Shown here piece by piece: positions 1 through 11,301 of a DNA stretch of 38,752 nucleotides; the stretch's first letter is position 1; each line of letters opens with the position of its first letter. This DNA is from Octopus sinensis (Eukaryota), in assembly GCF_006345805.1 (NCBI RefSeq), contig NW_021835757.1:1-38752 (forward strand), given 5' to 3'. The translations under genes were made by a program, and so were the position numbers. Below the pieces are notes generated by a model. It was not told the origin of the DNA, made no database searches, and saw nothing but the letters and a program-made list of their open reading frames with translations.

Positions 1-548
1 GAGAGCAGTTCATGCCATCAAAGTGACACTGGGGTAAAATATACGAAGTCCAGTATACCCATCATGACTACCCGTCTGATAAGAGTACACCAGGTACATG
101 CATCACAACCATATTTGCGCGACATGGTGATCTCATGTCAAGGTAAACAGTGCATGACCTTGTAGGTGGGGCCCAGTTAGAATTTTCTTCTGGTCGAGTA
201 GCCCATCCCACTCAAAAGGTCCTTGAATAAGGATTGTTTAAGGATGTTGAACGAACCACTCATGTTTCCAAAGGTGAATTATCCAAACCTCTACGAATTC
301 CTTTCAACACATGGCTATGATACTCCACCACTACTTCTGCTTGTGATCAGAGATACACATATCGTCAGCCACTAAGGGACATGCTCAACTGGTTTAGGTC
401 AAACAACTGACAAGCAAATCTGTGGTATTGAGCAGAATATTTGCTGTAGCCTCTCTTTTATACAAAGACAAAACAATGTACATGATAACACTTCCAATCA
501 GTTAAGATCAGCAGCCATGAGAGCCATTGCCTGGTACTGCATCAGGAC

Positions 549-550
<2 letters not shown>
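1..550. mobile_element. ~550-nt non-coding interspersed element embedded in (TTA)n, copy 1
   Basis: Highly similar to 2048-2600, 3744-4183 and 4282-4745; no conserved ORF; followed by (TTA)n. Confidence 0.85.
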
Positions 551-623
<73 letters not shown>

Positions 624-644
624 CATCATTATTATTATTATTTA

Positions 645-856
645 AGGTGGCGAACTGACAGAATCGTTAGCACGCCGGGTGAAATGCTTAGCGGTATTTC
701 GTCTGCCGCTACGTTCAAATTCCGCCCAGATCGACTTTGCCTTTCTTCCTTTCGGGATCGATAAATCGATAAAATAAGTACCAGTGAAACACTGGGTCGA
801 TGTTATCGACTCGTCTCCTCCACCAAAATTGCTTCTCTTGTGGCAAAATTTGAAAC

Positions 857-860
<4 letters not shown>
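645..860 (+). mobile_element. tRNA-derived SINE with Meta-domain-like centre (family A)
   Basis: Head ggcga(g)ctggcagaatcgttagcacgccgg, B-box-like gttcaaattcc, centre gactttgcctttc.tcctttcggg.tcgataa...aagtaccag. More than 15 related copies in the window. Confidence 0.8.
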
Positions 861-925
<65 letters not shown>

Positions 926-927
926 CA

Positions 928-1057
928 TAGAGGTCGCACAGTATACAATATCGTGAAGCTGTTGATTGAAGATATTGTGTCTACCGGGGATTCGTACTGT
1001 TTGTCAAGTCACAACAAAGACCTCAGACAGACAGTACTTTACGCAATATGCGTGCAG
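928..1057. repeat. ~130-nt short interspersed repeat in (TTA)n (second copy at about 2669-2782)
   Basis: gtcgcacagtatacaatatcgtg...cgcaatatgcgtgcag occurs twice, both times within (TTA)n. Confidence 0.7.
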
Positions 1058-1135
1058 TTATTATTATTATTATTATTATTATTTTTAATATTATCATTAT
1101 TATTATCATCATCATCATCATCATCATCATTATTA

Positions 1136-1167
<32 letters not shown>

Positions 1168-1720
1168 TACTTTTTTTTTCTTCTTTCAAATTTGCTTCCA
1201 TTTCTTGCCGAGTGTCTTCCCGACTCCTAGGGCAAAGAAACTCATAGTACATTGTAGGCCATTAAACCAAACTCAGTAGTTCGTTCATTTTTTTTTTTTT
1301 TTTTTTAAAGTTAAATTAAAATACATGAGCAGCAACAGTTCTCACATCGACAATGCTCTTCTCAATACGTGTGATGTACCAGTTAAGACAATCTTTTGCA
1401 CTTCTTGCAGGGATGGTAAGCCAGGGATCATTCTCATATAATTTTCGGTTCCCTTCTTGATCATTCCTAGTGCTCCTACGATCACTGGTATTGTAACCGC
1501 CTTGAGATGCCACATTTTCCTCAATTTCAATGAGTAGGTCTTTATATTTTCTGAGCTTGTCAAACTCTTTCGCTGAGATATTATGATCACAGGGGATGCT
1601 CATGTCGATCAATAAGCAAACTTTATTGTTTTGGTCTTTCACAACAATATCTGGTTTATTGGCCTTGATGGTTCGGTCTGTATGTACTGGAAAGTCCCAC
1701 AGAATGGTTACATTTTCTCC
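1168..1720 (-). mobile_element. 3' fragment of an RLE-type (R4/Dong-like) non-LTR retrotransposon
   Basis: Frameshifted REL endonuclease: ...KDQNNKVCLLIDMSIPCDHNISAKEFDKLRKYKDL / MWHLKAVTIPVIVGALGMIKK...GTSHVLRRALSM, then a 3' UTR and (TAA)n. Confidence 0.8.
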
Positions 1721-1751
<31 letters not shown>

Positions 1752-1836
1752 AATTATTATTATGTAACCTTTCGTCCTGTTTTGTCCCTTTATGTTTTCT
1801 AATCATGTGTGTCAGCCCTTGTGGCCAATAAAAAAA

Positions 1837-1917
<81 letters not shown>

Positions 1918-1921
<4 letters not shown>

Positions 1922-2022
1922 TAGTTTTATTTTTATATTGTGCTTTCACTTCACTACTGAGCACAGCTCTGTGTGCCTTGGGTATGTGCTGTGGTTTATT
2001 GAGAGTGTTTTGCGTAGGATTT
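1918..2022 (-). mobile_element. Extreme 3' end of a second R4/Dong-like family
   Basis: gctctgtgtgccttgggta tail shared with 3466-3560 and 30268-30350; embedded in (TTA)n. Confidence 0.7.
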
Positions 2023-2047
2023 TATTATTATTATTATTATTATTATT

Positions 2048-2600
2048 GAGTGAGAGAGCAGTTCATGCCATCAAAGTGACACTGGGGTAAAATATACGAA
2101 GCCCAATATACCCATAATGACTACCCGTCTGATAAAGGTACACCAGGCACATGCATCACAACCATATGTGCGCGACATGGTGATCTTATATCAAGATAAA
2201 CAGCACATGACCTTGCAGGTGGGGCCCAGTTAGAATTTTCTTCAGGTTGAGTAGCCCATCCCGCTCAAACGGTCCCTGAATAAGGTTGTTTAAGGATGTT
2301 GAAAGAACCACCCATGTTTCCAGAGGTGAACTATTCAAACCCCAAAGAATCCCTCTCAACACATGGCTTGATGCTCCCCCACTACTTCTGCTCGTGATCA
2401 GAGATGCACATATCGTCAGCCACTAAAGGACATGCTCAACTGGTTAAGGTCAAACAACTGACAAGCAAATCTGTGGTATTGAGCAGAATATTTGCTGTAG
2501 CCCATCTTTTATACCAAGACAAAAAAATGTACATGATAACACTTCAATCAGTTAAGATCAGAAGCCATGAGAGCCACTGCCTGGTACTGCATCAGGGCAT
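2048..2600. mobile_element. ~550-nt (TTA)n-embedded element, full copy
   Basis: gagtgagagagcagttcatgcc...gcatcagggcat, flanked on both sides by (TTA)n. Confidence 0.9.
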
Positions 2601-2799
2601 TTATTATTAGATTATTATTATTATTATTATTATTATTATGATGATGATGATGATGATTATTATTATTTAAGACGTCGCACAGTATACAATATCGTGCGGT
2701 TGTTGATTGAAGATATTCGTACTGTTTGTCATGTCACAACAAAGACCTCAGACAGACAGTACTTCACGCAATATGCGTGCAGTTATTATTATCATTACT

Positions 2800-3415
2800 A
2801 GGGCGGCGAGCTGGCAGAATCGTTAGCACGCCGGGCGAAATGCTGAGCGGTTCAAATTCTACCGAGGTTGATTTTGCCTTTCATACTTTCGGAGTCGATG
2901 AATTAAGTACCAGTTACGCACTTGGGTCGATGTAATCGACTCATCGGATCTTTTCGGTTTGAACGGTAGTTTTTAACATAATTTCTAGGTAACTAAAAAA
3001 TTTTAAACTTCGTATACCGGTAGAATGTGTTTATAAAACATCTTTTTCTCTTGGCTTTATTGAGAAAATTCTATAGTTTGTAAGATAATTGTCGTTGTTT
3101 TTCTTCAATTTCTGCAATTTCAACCAATCACTGACGTCTATTGAGGTAAAAAAAAATATTCTGTGCCGTATGAATATGTCCCTCGTTTAAGAAACAGATT
3201 GGGTTTATTTACATTTGTGAAGAAGAAAAGATACCTTCCCCCCACCCCTAACCCTAACCCTAAAACAGATTGAAATGCAATAGATCGATACTAGGATCAT
3301 AATTATGGGTGACAATTTCATATGACACCGCTAGAAAAAACTGCCGTTCAAACCGAAAAGATCCGACTCATCCCCTCCTCCAATAAACTCCTGCCCTTGT
3401 GGAAAAATTTGAAAC

Positions 3416-3418
<3 letters not shown>
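2800..3418 (+). mobile_element. SINE family A interrupted by a MITE
   Basis: SINE 5' part at 2800-2945; its 3' tail resumes at 3365. Confidence 0.75.
2946..3364. mobile_element. MITE with ~29-bp TIRs and 8-bp TSD (Merlin- or MULE-like)
   Basis: TIR GGATCTTTTCGGTTTGAACGG(T/C)AGTTTTT at both ends; TSD gactcatc at 2938-2945 and 3365-3372; internal cctaaccctaacccta. Confidence 0.88.
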
Positions 3419-3465
<47 letters not shown>

Positions 3466-3470
<5 letters not shown>

Positions 3471-3743
3471 TATCTTGTTTTTATCATTTACTTTCTCTGC
3501 ACTACCGGGCGCAGCTCTGTGTGCCTTGGGTATGTGTTCTGGTTTGTAGTGGTGCTCTTACTTTTACAGTATTGAAAGTGTTTTACGTAGGATGTGTGCG
3601 GTGCCTAGTAGTGTTATTTTCTGTATGATATATATACTTGTAAGTCCTGGTGTTTTTGTTATGTATTTGTCAGAATGTTTTTTTTTATCGTACCTAATGA
3701 GCCTACTATGATAGGAATTATTTCTGTTTTTAAGCCCCACATT
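3466..3743 (-). mobile_element. R4/Dong-like LINE 3' fragment
   Basis: KHSDKYITKTPGLTSIYIIQKITLLGTAHILRKTLSIL C-terminus followed by a 3' UTR and (TAA)n. Confidence 0.8.
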
Positions 3744-4183
3744 CAACCATATGTGCGAGACAGGGTGATCTCATATCAAGAGAAACAGCGCATAACCTTG
3801 CAGGTGGCGCCCAGTTAGAATTTTCTTCAGATCGAGTAGCCCATCCCGCTGAAAAGGTCCCTGAATAAGGGTTGTTTAAGGATGTTGAACGAAACACCCA
3901 TGTTTCCAAAGGCGAATTATTTAAACCCCAAAGAATTCCTCTCAACACATGGCTATGATGCTCACCCACTACTTCCGCTCGTGATCAGAGATGCACATAT
4001 TGTCAGCCACTAAGGGACATGCTCAACTGGTTATGGTTAAACAATTGACAAGCAAAACTGACAAGCAGAATATTTACTGTAGCTCATCTTTTATACCAGG
4101 ACAAAACAATGTACATGATAACACTGCCAATCAGTTAAGATCAGAAGCCATGAGAGTCACTATCTGGTACTGCATCAGGGCAT
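3744..4183. mobile_element. ~550-nt element, partial copy fused to a LINE 3' fragment
   Basis: Matches the family from caaccatatgtgcg to gcatcagggcat; directly joined to 3466-3743. Confidence 0.85.
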
Positions 4184-4204
4184 TTATTATTATTATTATT
4201 ATTA

Positions 4205-4281
<77 letters not shown>

Positions 4282-4745
4282 GAGTGAGAGAGCAGTTCAT
4301 GCCATCAAAGTGACACTGGGGTAAAATATACGAAGCCCAGTATACCCATCATGACTACCCGTCTGATAAGGGTACACTAGGCACATGCATCACAACCATA
4401 TGTGCGCAACAGGGTGATCTCATATCAAGATAAACAGCACATGACCATACAGGTGGGGCCCAGTTAGAAATTTCTTCAGGTTGAGTAGCCCATCCCGCTC
4501 AAAAGGTCCCTGAATAAGGGTTGTTTAAGGATGTTGAAAGAACCACCCATGTTTCCAGAGGTGAATTATTCAAACCCCAAGAATCCCTCTCAACACATGG
4601 CTATGATGCACCCCCACTACTTCTGCTCGTGGTCAGAGATGCACATATCGTCAGCCACTAAGGGACATGCTCAACTGGTTAAGGTCAAACAACTGACAAG
4701 CAAATCTGTGGTATTGGGCAGAATATTTGCTGTAGCCCATCTTTT
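4282..4745. mobile_element. ~550-nt element, partial copy fused to the GC-rich segment
   Basis: Matches the family up to gcccatctttt, then switches abruptly to unrelated GC-rich sequence. Confidence 0.85.
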
Positions 4746-6176
4746 CGGAGCCCGTCAATCCTCTGAAGCCCCTCTTCGCCATTGGGCTTCAGCCTCGCCA
4801 TGCATGATGGCTCATTTTTGTGCTGCACATCGGTGGTTAGGTGAGGAATGACGCCCTGGTACTACCTTGTCGCGGTAAGAGAGCTTGAGCCCCTCGAGCG
4901 GCGGGGGGCGCTCGATGCTTGTCCCTCCCGTAAGAGGGTGACCAAATGTACCGAAGCGCATGCTGGGTCTTAGGCATACGCGGGATCGAGATGCTGAGTG
5001 GGTCATCTCGAAGTAGCAAAAACCCCACCCCGCGGGTTGACCGGCCGGGGCTTCCTGCGGCCTGCGAACCGGCCACCTGGCGCCAGAGGCGAGTGAAGGT
5101 CCGTTGCCGAGATCCGTTAACGCGTTGAACGTCGGTAGGCCGTCTCAAGCTGCCCCAGTTGGCTTCGAATAGGGGGCGGTCGTCCGGAATCCGCTGAGGC
5201 GTCGAACCGGCAAGCGGCCCAGTTACCTGGCGGCCCCGGTGGCACCGTCCCACCTTAATACACCGGGCGTTGAGGCAAGTGCGTGTAAGGGCGAAGTGTA
5301 TTCGGGTTCACGTAAGCTCGGAGCGTGGCTACCTGGACGCGTGGCCTGTCCACAAAAGTCGGAGGTCCCGCAATTGTCCGTAGGTAGAACCTCACCATAC
5401 CCATAGTGGACGGGTGTTAATGTGAGGGTACGTGTTCTGCGATGCGCAGTAACCTCTGCAATAGACAGCCACCTCTTCACCACACCAATAATAGCCGCAC
5501 TTTGGGATGGTCAGATGGGTCCGGCAAGCGCGCACCCTCCGGCGCATGGTGGCACCGTCCACTTAAAACACCGAGCGTTCGGGTAAGGTTATGATCCGCG
5601 CATCGAGGGGACAAGCAGCCAGTCCCGGCGGATGGATTCACCCCCTGGTCGCGTGGCTTTGTCCACGAAAGTCGGGGCCCTGCATGATTCCTTGCTGGTC
5701 CGCTCGGGGACATGTAGAAAATCGGCGGTGGCGCTGCCCACCTAAATAACCGGAGCATCCCGGGAGGGGCAATCCTATTCCTAGGGTGAGTGGCACCGAC
5801 CACTATAACACACCGGCGTCGTGAGCCAGATGACCCCCGCCGCGGTGGACACGCTCTCAGTTCACTTAGGTGGGGAAGCTCTACTCCTCGGCGGGTGGCT
5901 GCCGTCTCCACCTTAATACACCGGCACCCCGGGTTCCCTCTCGTCTATGAATTCGGTTGCTGGGCGGGGGACTAGGTCCCGGGGAGGTGACTGCGGTCAC
6001 CGAACGTAGACGCCCTGGTGCGCGGCCATAAAAAAAATATCTCAAGGTCCCCCGCTGGGGTCTCTGCGGCGCTTGAGTGGGGTCTGCCTCGTAAGCGGCC
6101 TGCACACGGGAGTGGCCGGCGTCGAGAGAGCTTCCGACTTCGACCGACCCCTCTTGTGAGCCCCGCCTCCTGCCCC
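4746..6176. other. GC-rich, highly structured non-coding segment with repeated GTGGC-loop-CCAC motifs
   Basis: Sharp compositional contrast with the flanks, many local inverted repeats and seven related motifs; no credible protein in the six-frame track. Confidence 0.6.
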
Positions 6177-6211
6177 TTATTATCATTATTATTATTATTA
6201 TTATATTATTA

Positions 6212-6253
<42 letters not shown>

Positions 6254-6254
6254 T

Positions 6255-6686
6255 GAGAAGCTGGCGAGCTAGCAGAATCGTTAGCGCGCCGGGTGAAATG
6301 CTTAGCGATATTTCGCCCGTCGCTACGTTCTGAGTTCAAATTCCGCTGAGGTCGACTTTGCCTTTCATTCTTTTGGGGTCGATAAATCGCCCCCACCCCC
6401 GCCAAAAAAAAATGAAACAGGCCTTATGCCTACAGCAGAAAGGATTATTATTATTATAATTGAGAAGGTGGCGAGCTGGTAGAATCGTTATCACTCCGAA
6501 CAAATGCACACCGCCATTTTGTTTGTCTTTACATTCTGAATTGAGTTCAAATTCCACACAGGTAGACTTTACCTTTCATCTTTTCGTGATCGATAAAATA
6601 AGTACCAGTTGAGTGCTGTATGTCGATGAAATTCACAAGCTTCCTTCCCCAAAATTTCAGGCCTCGTGCTTACTGTTGAAAGGATC
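6255..6686 (+). mobile_element. Two adjacent SINE family A copies
   Basis: Heads at about 6258 and 6465, each with the family centre and tail. Confidence 0.75.
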
Positions 6687-6688
6687 AA

Positions 6689-8930
6689 TGTAGAAGGAAA
6701 GGCAAAAATAAGGACGCTCTTACCTCTAGTTGAAATCGGAACAGAATATCCAGCTTCGGTTCACAAGGATCAGCAGAACTCGTTGGTCGTACTTACACGT
6801 GTACACTACCGCAATCTCTGACCAGAAACTACTCTACCTCTGAGATTCCTTCCATTCGACTGCTCCCCTCAAAATCCTAACAAAGAAAGACGCTATTCAA
6901 ACGCCCTGCTTCTTGACATGATATCACTGCTCCTCGCTTTCAGGCCCGACGTTTCCCTTATCTCCTCCACCTACCCTCCAAAATAAAGATCACTGCGCTT
7001 CTATCCCATTTCAAAGTTGTCCATCTACCTGGCAGGGTGGCGTACCCTTTGTGATCTTCGCACGGTCATGGAGCTGGCCTCACCCTCTCCTTCGTCATCA
7101 GAGGAGCTAACAATCATACGAACATCCAAGATATGACGCGGCGTTCCACCCACTGTTATATTATTCCAAGCGTTAGCAGTCACCCTTCCTTTCTATCACT
7201 GAGTTGTGCACCGTGCATTAGGCGGCTTCACCCACACTTTGTCTCTGATCTGAACAGTTGCAAACCCTTCCACTTCTGACATCGACACACTTGGGTGTTT
7301 CCATTCGTACTGGAATATGGCTCTTGGCGGGATCGACTTTTCAGCTTGTCTGACCCTGGACATGTTGTATAAAAAAAACCTCAACGGGGGAGATTGGCCT
7401 CATCTCAGCCATGGCTTTGACTGTGCGATGGTGATGTCCCCATTTCCATAATGGAGGCGCGTGGCTTAGTGATTAGGGTGTTGGACTCATGATCGTATGA
7501 TTGTTGTTCCTGGACCGGGCGACGCGTTATGTTCTTGAGCAAAACACTTCATTTCACGTTGCTCCAATCCACTCAACTGGCAAAAATGGATAATCCTGCG
7601 GCGGACCGGCGGACCGGCGGACCATCCAGGGGGAGAATTTATACGCCATGGAAACCGTAAAGCCGGCCATTATGTGTCGGCATGACTCGAGAAGATACGT
7701 TTACCTTTATTTCCACTGGTCCAGTATGCGGTTCTGAAGAGTCATCTGATGTTCCACCTCTTGATCAGCTTCTTCAGCTACTTCGAACGAAACACCATGC
7801 TGTGGTTCATCAACAGCTCATCCACTGGCTCCCTTTCCACGAATACTGTATTCAGTGCCTCTGCAATTTCGGCACAGTCTCCGTCCTGATTTCCCTCCAT
7901 ATCGCTATTCGCCTTGGCCCACAGTCAACCATTGAAAGGTACAGTCTTCCCCGATATACGTTACGTTCATCGCTAGCCTCTTCTAGTCTTCCTCCACGCG
8001 AATCTTTCCTGTTTCGTGCACACCCGACGCGGGGTCGAATGACTGGCACCTTTTTCAACTTAGAGCTAGCTTCCGAACACTCTCCCTGGTCACATCAAGG
8101 CAACTTTCGTGACCCAAGATAGAGTCCTACCAACTCCCATGGGAGGCATATTATACAGCCTCCTCAGTTTTGGGTCCTCCAGCCGATACGCTGCAGCCAC
8201 ACCACTCAATAGATCATTGGTCACTTCTAGCCAGTGATTTTTACCTTATCTTTTTCTGAGGGCACAAAAACTACTTGCAACTTCAGATCAAACTCAGCAG
8301 CTAGCTCTCTCGGGATTCCCAGGCACCGCTTTATCATTTCCGTGGCCTCTTCCATGCAGATCCTCTTCTGGTTGGTAATCACCGATGCCATCCATCCCCG
8401 TACTCCAAATCTCGACAGCATGCAGTCTTCATCTCAGCGCTGGGTTCAAACCCTTTAACAGCGTCCAGTTCAGCTACATTGATGTGGTTGTCGTCATCTT
8501 TCCTCCTAAGCCACGCTGTGTCTTCCACCTCAACACCTCCCATTTCCAGAATGACTCCTATTGCTATGCTACTCGCGTCACACCACACGATCCCTTTTTC
8601 TGTTTCAGGCATATACCAACTGCCTTTCATCGGATCCTTCGCTCTCGCTCTCTTCAAAGCATCTTGCATCATTGTAACAGTCTTCTCTCTCACTTTATCA
8701 CCCCAGTTCATTCGTTCAACTCACTTCTTGATGTAGCTACATGCCGTTCGGAGCCACCCAGCAACAGGATAGGGTCCCACCAGCTACCCACACATCGAGA
8801 ACAACTCTCATCTATTCATATCCTTACACAGGTCTGGGATTTGATTTCCTCTCCGAAACACGAACCTATCTGCTTTATCTTTTCGAACCTGTGTCCCAAC
8901 ACCGTTCCTCCTTCTATAACCTCCGATGAC
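6689..8930 (-). mobile_element. Degenerate Ty3/Gypsy-like LTR retrotransposon (RNase H, integrase, PPT, 3' LTR)
   Basis: WCDASSIAIGVILE...HINVAELDAV (RNase H); YLSMVDCGP and FRTAYWTSGN (integrase); QIRDKVWVKPPNARCTTQ; RRSQRVRHPAR end of pol; purine tract at about 6961-6980; LTR about 6689-6960 ending TACA. Confidence 0.75.
7453..7712 (+). mobile_element. tRNA-derived CORE-type SINE inserted in the Gypsy integrase
   Basis: Head ggaggcgcgtggcttagtg (A-box), CORE-like ttcttgagcaaaacacttcatttc, tttacctttatt tail; interrupts the integrase frame. Confidence 0.65.
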
Positions 8931-8934
8931 TTTG

Positions 8935-9310
8935 CAGGTGTTTTTTTTTTCATCATTCGAAAGGAAGTTATTGCAACGGGAGTTGTTTCTGTTTCCAGTC
9001 TTGATACACTGGTTATCTTTATTTCAATATCTTTACATTTGGATAATCTCCCTATTTCTTTTAGTATTACATTATTGCCTGTTGGAAGTGACTAGGAGAT
9101 ATTTCTTTTACTGGTGGTCCTCGATATTGACAATATCCAAACTATTCTCCTAAACTGTCGTGTCTGTGTGAATTATATCCCAGTTTATAGCCACTTTTTC
9201 ATTTACTGCGACATTTTAAATTTATGCATATGCTAATACAATCGTCTTTTTTCTCTGTCAGTATTTCACAATGCTAGGTAATTCCAGTTTATGAGAGATC
9301 TAGAAACAAT
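8935..9310 (-). mobile_element. Old degenerate R4/Dong-like REL fragment
   Basis: Minus frame KEIGRLSKCKDIEIKITSVSRLETETTPVAITSFRMMKK aligns by eye with the KE.EKL.KYKDL.IE...W.LK..TIPV..GALGMIKK motif of the other copies. Confidence 0.55.
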
Positions 9311-10329
9311 GTTTTGTTTTGGGGTTTTTTTTCATAACTTATACATATTCTGTTCTGAATATGAAAAGTAAGTATTCTACATATTCTGCAAATGTATTTT
9401 TTTAATTCTACTTCATTATGTTTTTGACAGTTTCTGCTGAAGAAAGCTTTCTTTTTATACTGCACTCAAAAATTATGTTGTCTAAGTTTTAAGCCAAGCA
9501 TTTCTCACTTAATGTTGTCTTATTTTTGTTTTGTTTTTTATACTTTATCCATTTCTTTTTTGCTCAATTTTGTCGGGTATTAACCATATAGGTGGTTTTC
9601 GTACCACCGATTGAGAGTAACATTCTGCAGTCCCAGTTCCAACTTTAGTTTTAGTTTTTTAACAACTTCTGTCGTTGTTCACCATTTTCTTCACAATTAT
9701 CTGATAAGTCAGCCTCAATTTTATATTTGTCGGCTTCTTTGAAAACGAAATACATCTTTAATAATTTGTAGCTATTTATATTAGTTTCCTATGATTTGAA
9801 CAAACTATTTTTCTAATCCGACAATAGTTATTTTGCAATAATTTTCTATTGCAGAAGAGCCTCTGTCTTTTTCCCTGGTAAATATATTCTCTTCGTGTCA
9901 GTTTTAATGGATGTGTATTCTAAATGCAGTCAAAATGTTACTTGTTTTCCTATCTACTCTATATTTTATTCACTTAATGTCGTATATAATAACGATAAAT
10001 GATTACTGGAAAATCTTTAAGATTGACTTTTATTACCATATTCTTTGCATTTATCTGTTTCAAGTATCCTTACGTTTTTTCATATACGTATGTTTTACTC
10101 TGTCTAGTTCACTTAATTCCCCTGAATTTATAAATCTGTGTCTAAATCTAATTTTCTTATCTCTATTCTTTTGTCATCATATTAGTACTATTTAATAATT
10201 TTCCTTATTTTGTTAAGATTATTTCTATAGATATTCTACAGAATTTATAGCCAGCACTGATTTTTGGTACAGCGTTTCGTATCGAGATGTTGCATGTAAA
10301 CAGACAATGTGATCGAAGATAAAAGTTGG

Positions 10330-10520
10330 TAATGAGTGAATATGCCATATTTCGTGGGTTCTTGCCCCTTCATTGACACTCATCTAACCCCCAATTGCCT
10401 CCGAATGCATTGCTTATATAGCCACCTCATACAACGGTGTTAAGTTATTGGATATACCAATTTACATATTATACGCATTCCTACAAATCTTTGATGTTTA
10501 CATACCAGCCCCAGCAATGC
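10330..10520 (-). mobile_element. Penelope-like terminal remnant with a decayed hammerhead motif
   Basis: Minus strand: CTATATAAG then ATGAGTG-TCAATGA-AGGGG..ACCC-ACGAAA-TATGGCATA-TT-CACTCAT; hammerhead layout with a mutated core. Confidence 0.4.
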
Positions 10521-10527
10521 GTCTAAT

Positions 10528-10845
10528 ATGAGGGTGAGTCAAAATGGAATGCCATTTTGTTTAGGACAGGTATAATTACCAACACAGGAACATGTATCAT
10601 ACATCAAACTGAAACTGGTCCTCTGTGGATCATATCCCTACTTCTCAACATAGTCACCGTTTCTCTCAATAGCAATGTTCCACCTTCGAATGAGAGCATG
10701 TATCCCTAACCCGTAAAATTCTGTTGACTGTTCTTTGAGCCACTTCTTCACTACAGTTTTCACTTCCTTATCACTGGACTATCATCGTCACTGGACTATC
10801 ATCTCTTCGGCCCCATGAAAGAGGGTTTGGGAAGCAAACATTATC
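10528..10845 (-). mobile_element. mariner transposon 3' remnant
   Basis: Minus GIHALIRRWNIAIERNGDYVEK* with a TIR-like tgagggtgagtcaaa end; DYHLFGPMKEGL lies on the opposite strand. Confidence 0.75.
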
Positions 10846-11301
10846 ATTTATCTTCTGCGATAGTGTGTGTAAGAAATTTATGAGCAGGCAGGTCACGTGG
10901 GCATTTCTTGGATTTGTTTACCTTGAAGATTAGATGCCCTCACCCCTCCTCTAATGTGCCTTTCCGGTGTAGTTTCTGATTCTTCCAATTACAGACCTGC
11001 TGTTGTGTTTCATCGTGTCCTTATTAAATAGTTCAACCAGAAGTGAGGGATTTTATTGTATCGCGCTACCTTCCAATTACACTGTGTAAAAAAATGTTAT
11101 TTGTTTTGTTTTCTTACTTTTTTTGTCTTTGATCAGCAAGTGGTATTTCCTGTTTGCTTTTATCTGGAAGTCAAAGGAAATGACTACTATTCCCTTCACA
11201 CTTAGCTTTTGTGACCTGGGTATCAACGTTTCGAAACTGACCTATTTACCGTTACATTTCAGACAGATTCAGCGCTGAGTTGCTGAAGTAGAAATATCAT
11301 T

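Noticed and set aside
645-730. tRNA genes
   Set aside because: The A/B-box-like heads belong to multi-copy SINEs and no complete cloverleaf is evident.
3243-3262. Telomeric repeat or telomerase template
   Set aside because: Only about three CCCTAA-like units, internal to a MITE.
5238-5926. CRISPR-like array or pistol/twister/HDV ribozymes in the GC-rich motifs
   Set aside because: Repeats are degenerate and irregularly spaced, with no cas genes in a eukaryotic context. I could not fit the catalytic consensus of pistol, twister or HDV on either strand.
4812-6186. Overlapping 60-144 aa ORFs in the GC-rich block
   Set aside because: Expected by chance at high GC; R/P/G/A-rich with no domain signature and no consistent frame.
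7023-7065. Resemblance to the U1 snRNA 5' end (tacctggcaggg)
   Set aside because: Similarity stops after about 12 nt, and the opposite strand is the RRSQRVRHPAR end of the Gypsy pol.
9310-10270. Possible Penelope-like ORF remnant
   Set aside because: Too degenerate; no motif could be read with confidence.
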